Of a DNA stretch of 51,705 nucleotides, positions 8,167 to 16,001 are shown in pieces. Position numbers and translations under genes: made by a program. This stretch comes from Clostridia bacterium (GTDB taxonomy: Bacteria > Bacillota > Clostridia > Lachnospirales > JAKSVV01), in NCBI GenBank assembly GCA_024407775.1, contig JAKSVV010000001.1, positions 1-51,705 on the forward strand, in the 5' to 3' direction. The notes under the pieces were generated by a model, which made no database searches, was not told where the DNA came from, and was given only the letters and a program-made list of their open reading frames with translations. The stretch's first letter is position 1, and the number at the start of each line of letters is the position of its first letter.

Positions 8167-9264
8167 CTACTTGTCATAGTAAAATTGATACTTTTCATTA
8201 CCAAACATAATCTTATCGCCATTAACTAAAAGTCTTTCATCATTAGGTGATAATTTTTCATCATTAACAAATGTATGATTAGTAGAATTTAAATCTTTTA
8301 TGTAATAACCAAATTTATTTCTAAAAAACATAGCATGTTTTTTACTAATACTAGGGCTTTTAATTACATAGTTATTACTGCTATCTTTTCCTACATTAAA
8401 TTCATCTGTTGTTATATATATTTTATCATCAAGAAGTCCTTTTCTTAAATATGGATAACTTTGAATAATCATTGTTTCATCCATCACTTCTTCATTTATA
8501 AAATCTATTTCCTTATTATATTTTTCAATCAATTTCATAACAAGCAAAATAAATATAAATGTTATAGATAAAATTATAGTAAACTTCATACTGTTTTTTG
8601 TTAAAACTAATAAGATTAAAAATAGTAAAATACCAAAGATTTTTATGTATCTATTTCTTTTATTTTCTTTATCATACTCTTTCTTATAATCCATGTTATT
8701 TTTCTTATCAGTTTCTTCAATTTTAGTAATATCATCTTGCAAAAGTTTTTCTAAAAGTTTTCCCTTATCAGGTGATGGATGTTCTATAATTTTCATTAGA
8801 TCATCGCTTTTATAAATACCATTTTCATTCATTAAAAAATTGTAAGACTCTTTGAAATTTTTATCTAAATTATTAATAGGGAGATATATGAATTTAAAAT
8901 TGATTTCTTGTTTTGATCTATATGCAATTTCATCTATAAATATAAAATTCTTATCAAGTATTAAATTATTTTCATTAAGCAAATAATTATGCATAGATGT
9001 TACTAACATATCTATTTTAGTTTTTAAAATATCTTTGATAACAGGTTCATAGGTTCTTGCAAAATCGCATAATGATATATATCCATTTTTATTGTATGTA
9101 AATTTAAGACATGTTAAATCATTTGTTTCTTCACATTTGAATTTAATAAGGTTAAGTTCATTTTCAATGTCACTTGCTTTATTAATCATATCAATTTGAT
9201 AGTTAATAGCATATGTGTCATATACCTTAAATATCACTTCTTTATCACCAATATATTTATCCAT
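8167..9264 (-). CDS. Membrane protein with a C-terminal FHA domain
   Basis: Central TM helix (IFGILLFLILLVLT...). The C-terminus VGKDSSNNYVIKSPSISKKHAMFFRNKFGYYIKDLNSTNHTFVNDEKL...GDKIMFG is a canonical FHA fold signature. GGAGGTG RBS. Confidence 0.8.
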   Translation of the reverse strand: MDKYIGDKEVIFKVYDTYAINYQIDMINKASDIENELNLIKFKCEETNDLTCLKFTYNKNGYISLCDFARTYEPVIKDILKTKIDMLVTSMHNYLLNENNLILDKNFIFIDEIAYRSKQEINFKFIYLPINNLDKNFKESYNFLMNENGIYKSDDLMKIIEHPSPDKGKLLEKLLQDDITKIEETDKKNNMDYKKEYDKENKRNRYIKIFGILLFLILLVLTKNSMKFTIILSITFIFILLVMKLIEKYNKEIDFINEEVMDETMIIQSYPYLRKGLLDDKIYITTDEFNVGKDSSNNYVIKSPSISKKHAMFFRNKFGYYIKDLNSTNHTFVNDEKLSPNDERLLVNGDKIMFGNEKYQFYYDK

Positions 9265-9272
9265 ATCACCTC

Positions 9273-10085
9273 CTAATTAATAATTGTCACTTTAAATTGT
9301 ATGCCTTTATTATGAGCATAATTTTTAACTATCATAAGATCCTTTTCAATTAAACTATCATAATCATTAGTTGGAAGAATTAAATTAAATATTTTTCCTT
9401 TATAAGAATCTTCATTTATATTTTTTCCATTAACTGTTCCAGATTTAAAATTATAAAGTTCATTAATATCATTCTTTAATTTTGAAACAATTAATTTATG
9501 ATTATTACTATAAGTATCTTTTCTAAAATCCAAGCTAACCATAGATACAATTTGATCATTATATATATTATCAATATGGCTACCATCAAACTCACTAAAA
9601 GCATCAGTAAGATCAGATATGCTTTTAGCTCTATTAATATTACTCATACTCCATATATCAAAATCATTTTTTATATATTCAGTATTAATACCATAATCAA
9701 GAAGACTTAAGCCATGCGTAAAAAGTTTAGTTTCAATTTTCTTCTCGTTATAATAATCATCAATAAAATTTAATGGTATATCATATTTATAATTAATATT
9801 GTAATTTAATTTATCTCCACTTATCTGATAATCATCTTCCATATTAGAAAGACGTTTATAATTTTTATGTTCTAGTTTTTTAAAAGTATATGGAAGGTTA
9901 TAAATATATTCTTTATATGAACTAGAATTATTTTCTATAATATTAAAAGCAATTTCTTTCGAGATGTTATCAGATAATGAAATGTAATACATAACATAAT
10001 TAAATGTTAAAAGAACTAAAGCAAAAACAGGAAAAACTAATGCTCCTTCAATGGATAAGTTTCCTTCATTATTTTTAATATCCAA
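9273..10085 (-). CDS. TadE/pseudopilin-like protein (prepilin-like N-terminus)
   Basis: TTG start. N-terminus MDIKNNEG-NLSIE-GALVFPVFALVLL (G-x4-E followed by a hydrophobic helix). Overlaps the upstream gene by 11 nt. Confidence 0.5.
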   Translation of the reverse strand: MDIKNNEGNLSIEGALVFPVFALVLLTFNYVMYYISLSDNISKEIAFNIIENNSSSYKEYIYNLPYTFKKLEHKNYKRLSNMEDDYQISGDKLNYNINYKYDIPLNFIDDYYNEKKIETKLFTHGLSLLDYGINTEYIKNDFDIWSMSNINRAKSISDLTDAFSEFDGSHIDNIYNDQIVSMVSLDFRKDTYSNNHKLIVSKLKNDINELYNFKSGTVNGKNINEDSYKGKIFNLILPTNDYDSLIEKDLMIVKNYAHNKGIQFKVTIIN

Positions 10086-11454
10086 AACTTACATCAAGCA
10101 TGTAATTATAATTTGAATTAAATCTAAAAGATGAAGGTAAACAAAATCGTGAAGCAAACATTAATTTTTCACTAGCATCAGTTCTTATTGTTAAATTAGA
10201 ATAAGTTGTATCCATAGAAAATAAACAGTTGTATTTTTTTAAATTTATATTTATTAATTTAATAATTCGTTCAGTAAGAGCATCATCATCCATCGCAAGT
10301 AAAATAATTTTCAAAAAATCATCATATGATAACTCATAGTCAATATATGATAATTTATATTTATTACCTAAAAGTAAATTTTCATATTCACTATTTGCTT
10401 CATCAAGTGCCCATGAAGTTAGGATTAAATTTTTGCATATTGTAACACCAGCATCACTAGACCACCATCCGCAAACAGCACAAGCTATAAGTTCAGCTTC
10501 TAAAACTTTTTCATTATCATGAGATATTTCTAATAACTTATCAGGAAAAATCATAAGCAAAATTTTTTCTTTCGTTTTTTTAATGTTTGTATTCTGACTA
10601 TTAGATCCAAAAATTATATATTCAATTTCAGCATCAAAATACGAATTACGTTCTTTTTTAGTTATAAGAGAATTAAATGTTTCCATTGTATAAGATGTTA
10701 AATATAAATCATCTTTAAAATCAAAAACATTTTTAATCTTATTAACAAAGTTATTAGAATCTTCATATATGTTATCAAGTTTTATAGTATATTTTTCATA
10801 TTCTATATCATTATCAATATCATCTTCATAAACAATATCTGTATCACTATCTGTATTAACTTTATTAACTATCGTATCACGCGTATCGCGTGATGCGTAA
10901 CTAAGCACATTCTCATATTCATCTTCACTAACACTTTTAATTTCTTTATCATGTGTTTCTTTTGAATCAGAATAATCTGTATCAATAAATGATATAACTG
11001 ATTCAAACAAATTTTGATAAATATTATTTTTAAATTTTAAACTTTCATATAAACCAATTTGTCTTTTAACTTCATATATATTATTAAGTTTTGTGCCACC
11101 AATTATTTTTACATCATTAATATGAGTTCTATTAAATTTAGTAAAATTAATATTTTTAATTAAATTGTTTTTTATTACATCTTCAATTTCAAATTCATTT
11201 TGATAACAGATACCTAGTAGATGATAATCATTATATAGTTCGGTCGCATAATCACACATCACTGTGTTAATAGCTACATATGACATCTCTTTTAAATTAT
11301 TTTTTGATGAATATATTCTTAGTATATCTATGAACGAAAATATTAAAAGTAATAAAGCTGTTATAATAATGGTAAGAAACACACTGTTTATTCCTTCTTC
11401 GTTTAAGATACTATTTTTTGTTTTAATCAAAAAGTATGTTATCTTCTTTAACAT
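10075..11454 (-). CDS. Large pilus-associated protein with a prepilin-like N-terminus (TadG-like?)
   Basis: N-terminus ...ILNEEG-INSVF-LTIIITALLLLIF, with no recognisable catalytic motif. Overlaps both neighbouring genes. Confidence 0.4.
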   Translation of the reverse strand: MLKKITYFLIKTKNSILNEEGINSVFLTIIITALLLLIFSFIDILRIYSSKNNLKEMSYVAINTVMCDYATELYNDYHLLGICYQNEFEIEDVIKNNLIKNINFTKFNRTHINDVKIIGGTKLNNIYEVKRQIGLYESLKFKNNIYQNLFESVISFIDTDYSDSKETHDKEIKSVSEDEYENVLSYASRDTRDTIVNKVNTDSDTDIVYEDDIDNDIEYEKYTIKLDNIYEDSNNFVNKIKNVFDFKDDLYLTSYTMETFNSLITKKERNSYFDAEIEYIIFGSNSQNTNIKKTKEKILLMIFPDKLLEISHDNEKVLEAELIACAVCGWWSSDAGVTICKNLILTSWALDEANSEYENLLLGNKYKLSYIDYELSYDDFLKIILLAMDDDALTERIIKLININLKKYNCLFSMDTTYSNLTIRTDASEKLMFASRFCLPSSFRFNSNYNYMLDVSFGY

Positions 11455-11629
11455 TATTTATTCCATCATATATATTAAAATTATTATCAAGGCTAGAATT
11501 ATTTGATATCAGATTTTCTTTATTACCATTAAATATATAAATAGTAATCGTAATAATTGTAATTATAAAAATCATCATTAAAGGTAATACAATAGATGCT
11601 TCAATTGAGTAATTACCTTCTTCATTCAT
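11423..11629 (-). CDS. Small TadE-like minor pilin
   Basis: MNEEG-NYSIE-ASIVLPLMMIFIITIITITIYIF. Its ATG shares one nucleotide with the flp stop codon (TAATG). Confidence 0.5.
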   Translation of the reverse strand: MNEEGNYSIEASIVLPLMMIFIITIITITIYIFNGNKENLISNNSSLDNNFNIYDGINNVKEDNILFD

Positions 11630-11823
11630 TATTCTAATCCCGAATTTCTAATTGTCTCAGGACTAATATCCGTCTGGGTATTTAATACGTCGTTAAGTAT
11701 ATTACTCGCGAAGCCAATCATTTTATCTCTAAAGATTAAAGCAATTCCTACTACAACAGCAAGTATAATTACAATCTCAATTGTATTTACACCTTGTTCA
11801 TTTTTAAAAATTTTAGACTTCAT
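11629..11823 (-). CDS. flp: Flp/Fap-family prepilin (putative major pilin)
   Basis: 64 aa: MKSKIFKNEQG-VNTIE-IVIILAVVVGIALIF. It has the G/xxxxE[YI] Flp processing motif followed by a hydrophobic helix, and the strongest RBS in the cluster (AGGAGGAAT). Confidence 0.6.
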   Translation of the reverse strand: MKSKIFKNEQGVNTIEIVIILAVVVGIALIFRDKMIGFASNILNDVLNTQTDISPETIRNSGLE

Positions 11824-11830
11824 ATTCCTC

Positions 11831-13183
11831 CTAGAAATTCATCGCACATGCTGCCGGATATACAACCATAATCATAGTTGATATAAGTATCATCATAAGA
11901 GGCAGTAATGCTTTAATATTATTTTCTTCTGCTATTTTTTGATAAGAATATTTCTTATTAATGTTAAGCAAATTTAATTCATTTTTTAATAACTCACATA
12001 AGTTACCATTACCTCTTTTAAGATTAACTATTAATGTTGTTACAAATCTTTTTATATTTGAACTATGTGACTCTTCACCAAAAGATTCTAAAACCTTATA
12101 TGGGTTTTCGGATATGCATAGTTTAGAATTCATTTTAATAAGTTCATGTTTTAATTCATTATCTTTCTTATATCTATCATTAATATATTTGATAGCATTT
12201 GAAATATTAAAACCAGCACTTTGAAGAAGTATATAATCTTCTACAAAATCTATAAACTGGTTTTCTAAATTAAATACATGTTTTTTTCTTTTGCTTTTTT
12301 CTTTATTAAATTCATTAAATATTAACAAAGCATAAATAATAATTACATATACTAATAGTTCTAAGCTGTTATTTTCATTATCTATATCAGGGTAATACCA
12401 TGATAGATTTTTATCATTTAAAGTTGTTGGTAAGGTTAATTTTTCATCTTTATTAAACAAGTTTTCATTTTTATTTAAATCGTTTATTTTGGTAATTAAT
12501 TTGTTGTTATCAGATTCAAGTTTAGATATATTATCTTCTATAATTATTATTTTAAATTCTTTTACTTTCTTAATATCTTTATATGTTACTGTAACTTTAA
12601 GTGTATCTTTAAAGTTCCCTTCTCCAGCATAAGGGCGTAAGACATCGCCATTATCGGTATCAATATATCCATTTTTGCTTTCATAATAGATATCAGCACC
12701 ATATGAATTCTTTGTCACTAAATTTAAATTTGTAGTAACATTAGTTAAACTTTTATTATCTCCTTTAATAGTATTAGTTATGACATATATAAGTCTATCA
12801 ACTATATCCATATCAGTTGGAGATTCTTTAGGTATTTTTAAATCGAAATTATAAAACTTCCCATCTAGTTTTAAATCTAAATTAATGAACTTATCATCAG
12901 ATATAAAATCATTGTAATTAGTACTAACAAACATTTCTTTTTCTTTTTTATTAGGCATAAGTACAAAAGAAAATATTATTAAAATTATTATTAATGCCAA
13001 GCAAAAAGTATAATTAAAAACATTAATAAAAATTTGATCATTATAAATCGAAACATTTTTATTAAAAATTTTTATTAAAGAAACTAATTTAGTCTTAAAC
13101 GATTTAAAATATTTTTTGTTAAAACTAAATATAAAATTTTTAATTTTGCAAATTAAATCTTTATAGTTCATTAGTAATATCAC
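11831..13183 (-). CDS. tadC: TadC-like platform protein (T2SS-F family) with a large N-terminal extracytoplasmic insert
   Basis: The C-terminal ~150 aa are a GspF/TadC-like domain (FVEDYILLQSAGFNISNAI...LLPLMMILISTMIMVVYPA). Residues ~80-270 lie between TM helices. GTG start at 13183; an alternative ATG is at 13171. Confidence 0.65.
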   Translation of the reverse strand: MILLMNYKDLICKIKNFIFSFNKKYFKSFKTKLVSLIKIFNKNVSIYNDQIFINVFNYTFCLALIIILIIFSFVLMPNKKEKEMFVSTNYNDFISDDKFINLDLKLDGKFYNFDLKIPKESPTDMDIVDRLIYVITNTIKGDNKSLTNVTTNLNLVTKNSYGADIYYESKNGYIDTDNGDVLRPYAGEGNFKDTLKVTVTYKDIKKVKEFKIIIIEDNISKLESDNNKLITKINDLNKNENLFNKDEKLTLPTTLNDKNLSWYYPDIDNENNSLELLVYVIIIYALLIFNEFNKEKSKRKKHVFNLENQFIDFVEDYILLQSAGFNISNAIKYINDRYKKDNELKHELIKMNSKLCISENPYKVLESFGEESHSSNIKRFVTTLIVNLKRGNGNLCELLKNELNLLNINKKYSYQKIAEENNIKALLPLMMILISTMIMVVYPAACAMNF

Positions 13184-13907
13184 CCATCATTTTTTCTCCG
13201 ATTAGATAAGCACCAATAAGTAAAAATAGACATATAGTTAGAACTATATAACCAGTCACGCTTTCATATATAGGCATCAAAAACTCATTGGCAGTTAATG
13301 ATAAGAAGCCATATATTAATATAGGTATTGCAAGCATAATTCTAAGTTCATATTTTTTCTCATAAAATATTTTTTCTATCTCATACCCGATTTCAATTCG
13401 GTCAGTAATTACTTTGACTGTATCACTAAGAATAGAATTAATATCTCCTGTTGTTTTTTCTGCAATTAGAATTGAATCATAAAATTTATCAATCTCAGGT
13501 ATATCAAATTCTTCTTTAAGAATTTTAATAGCACCAGAAAAATCATTATATGTTATTAAATAGTTTTTACTTTGTTTTAATATATTAATAAATTCATTGC
13601 TGCTAGCTATTTTAATAAACTCATTATATGAATTTATAAATGCTTTAGCTGGTTCATCACCAGTTAAAGAAGAAACTGAAAATAAATTAATAAACTCTTT
13701 AAAATCTATTAAGACTTTTTTTAGTTTTTCATTTTCTTCATCTTTTAATATTTTTTTATACACTATTATGTACGACCAGCTTATAAGAAAGCTTAGAAAT
13801 AAGTTTCTATAAAACAGCATGCATATAGCAAAGAAAATTATATATAAATAAAAGGAGATTTTTATTTTGGTTTTTCTGTCGATAAATTTGTATTTATTAT
13901 TTTGCAA
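13161..13907 (-). CDS. tadB: TadB-like platform protein (T2SS-F family)
   Basis: TM helices flank a soluble helical GspF-like domain. Position directly after cpaF. TTG start overlapping the cpaF stop. Confidence 0.65.
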   Translation of the reverse strand: MQNNKYKFIDRKTKIKISFYLYIIFFAICMLFYRNLFLSFLISWSYIIVYKKILKDEENEKLKKVLIDFKEFINLFSVSSLTGDEPAKAFINSYNEFIKIASSNEFINILKQSKNYLITYNDFSGAIKILKEEFDIPEIDKFYDSILIAEKTTGDINSILSDTVKVITDRIEIGYEIEKIFYEKKYELRIMLAIPILIYGFLSLTANEFLMPIYESVTGYIVLTICLFLLIGAYLIGEKMMGDITNEL

Positions 13908-15042
13908 TTAATCCACCCATTTTTATAATTTCGTTTTTATTGTAATCATATTTATATATTTCATTCATAACATAGTGACCATCTTCATATCCAGAGATTT
14001 GACTAATCTCAACTATCTTTCTATTTCCTTCACTGTTTCTTGAAATATGTATTATGATATCAATAGCTGAAGCTATTTGTCTTTTTATAGCTTCAAGAGG
14101 AAGATCATAAGCCATTATAACCATAGACTCAAGACGTGTTAGCATATCACGTGATGAGTTAGCATGACCCGTTGATAAACTTCCTTCATGGCCAGTGTTC
14201 ATAGCTTGAAGCATATCAAAAGTTTCACTCCCTCTAACTTCACCAACTATTATTCTATCTGGTCTCATTCTTAATGATGTGATTAACAAATCTCTAATAG
14301 AAATTTTATTATCACCATTAATGTTTCCATCTCTAGTTTCTAGTGACACTAAATTTTTAATGTGATTGATTTTTAATTCAGCGGAATCTTCAATAGTTAT
14401 TACTCTTTCATCTTCTCCAATAAAATTACTCATAATATTAAGAAGTGTTGTTTTGCCACTACCCGTTCCGCCCGAAATAAATATGTTGTATTTATTTTTA
14501 ACAATATATTTTAAAAATTCACCAACTTCAGAAGTAATAGTTCCATTATTAATTAGATCACTAGCACTAAGTAGTTCCTTAGAAAATTTTCTAATAGTAA
14601 CTATAGGTCCATTTAACGCAACTGGTTTCCCAACAATATTCACTCTAGATCCATCTTTAAGTCTAGCATCAAGTATTGGTCTAGCTATACTTATCATCTT
14701 GTTAACTTCAGATGCAATCTTTTCTATAATGTTATCAATTTCAGCATAAGTTAAGTGAATGTTAGTTTGAATTATTTGACCATGTTTTTCTATGAAGATA
14801 TCGTTTATACCATTGATCATAATTTCACTAACATCACTATCATTTATAAATTTTTCTATCTTACCATAACCGATAATTTCATCCAATATGTCATTTTTGA
14901 TTTCTTCTTTTTTATCTTTATCAATATAAGTTAAAAGAGACGCTTTAGAAATCTCTTCATTAATAACATATTCAATTTCATCTTTATTAAAATCATCAAG
15001 CTTAGTAATTTTATTTTTAATTTTACTTTTTACATCTAACAT
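13897..15042 (-). CDS. cpaF: CpaF/TadA-family type II/IV secretion ATPase
   Basis: Walker A FISGGTGSGKTTLLN, Asp box, Walker B RPDRIIVGEVRG, and a His box MNTGHEGSLSTGHAN. Confidence 0.9.
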   Translation of the reverse strand: MLDVKSKIKNKITKLDDFNKDEIEYVINEEISKASLLTYIDKDKKEEIKNDILDEIIGYGKIEKFINDSDVSEIMINGINDIFIEKHGQIIQTNIHLTYAEIDNIIEKIASEVNKMISIARPILDARLKDGSRVNIVGKPVALNGPIVTIRKFSKELLSASDLINNGTITSEVGEFLKYIVKNKYNIFISGGTGSGKTTLLNIMSNFIGEDERVITIEDSAELKINHIKNLVSLETRDGNINGDNKISIRDLLITSLRMRPDRIIVGEVRGSETFDMLQAMNTGHEGSLSTGHANSSRDMLTRLESMVIMAYDLPLEAIKRQIASAIDIIIHISRNSEGNRKIVEISQISGYEDGHYVMNEIYKYDYNKNEIIKMGGLIAK

Positions 15043-16001
15043 ATCATTCCTCTAATATTATTAAGAAGCATATAGTCTTTTTTAGAATGAGTTAATTTAA
15101 GTTCTATTATTTTATCCTTAATAGAATTATTATTTTTCTTTTTTATATAAGTAAAATAATTTTTAACTCTGTCTTTTTTAATTTCATCATATTTTGTATA
15201 AAGTAATATAAAGGTATCTGCCTTATTAATAACATCATTTATAAAAGGATTAACATTACCTTTTAAGATTGAAATATTACATTTAAAATCTAGAGTATTC
15301 AATTTATTATTAATATCAACATAATCTTCTTGTGATAATTCATTAAAATCATAAGGGTTAGTTAAAGGATAAAAAGTAAAAGTATCGTCATTCACTTTCT
15401 TAAGTTTATTTAGAAAACTATCATTATTTAAAATATTATTTGATCCTAATGCCATAGCCATATCCATTCCGTCATCCGAAACTTCATTAGAAAACATTTC
15501 ATAATTCCATATTAGTTTTTTTGTACCTGGCATAATATCATCAATTAGTTTATTCATAAATCCATCAACATATAAAGATGATGCGTTGTATATGACTATA
15601 TTTTTAACAGGGTATGTAATAGATGGAGTGTGATTTTTATCAACTGATTGTATATTATCATTTATATCATCATCTTTTATGTAGCTTTGATTTATAATTT
15701 CATATATTTGTTTTAATAGATTATTCATATTTTGATATTTAAAATAATACTTACTATTAATATCTTCTTCATCACTTAACGTTTGCTCATTAAGCAAGAT
15801 AATAACGTTATTACCTTTTTTCTCTTTTGTTTTATAATCATCATTTATTAATATAACATCAAAGTCATATAGTTCTTTATCAGCTATATAATCTTTTATA
15901 GTTATGTATGAGTAACATTTAATATTTTTATCACTCATATAATTTTTAAAATTTTCTAAATACTTTTCATCCTTATCAACTATAGCTACTTTAGTTAGCA
16001 T
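15036..16001 (-). CDS. TadZ/CpaE-like protein with a receiver-like N-domain and a degenerate P-loop (tentative)
   Basis: The N-terminus MLTKVAIVDKDEKYLENFKNYM...DFDVILINDDY looks like a CheY-fold. The position where CpaE carries KGGxGKT reads IVIYNASSLYVDG. Overlaps comEC and cpaF. Confidence 0.4.
   Translation of the reverse strand: MLTKVAIVDKDEKYLENFKNYMSDKNIKCYSYITIKDYIADKELYDFDVILINDDYKTKEKKGNNVIILLNEQTLSDEEDINSKYYFKYQNMNNLLKQIYEIINQSYIKDDDINDNIQSVDKNHTPSITYPVKNIVIYNASSLYVDGFMNKLIDDIMPGTKKLIWNYEMFSNEVSDDGMDMAMALGSNNILNNDSFLNKLKKVNDDTFTFYPLTNPYDFNELSQEDYVDINNKLNTLDFKCNISILKGNVNPFINDVINKADTFILLYTKYDEIKKDRVKNYFTYIKKKNNNSIKDKIIELKLTHSKKDYMLLNNIRGMIC

Noticed and set aside
14366-14749. 127-aa plus-strand ORF inside cpaF.
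   Set aside because: It is antisense to the conserved ATPase core (Walker A and B regions), with a Ser/Leu/Ile-rich composition typical of shadow frames.
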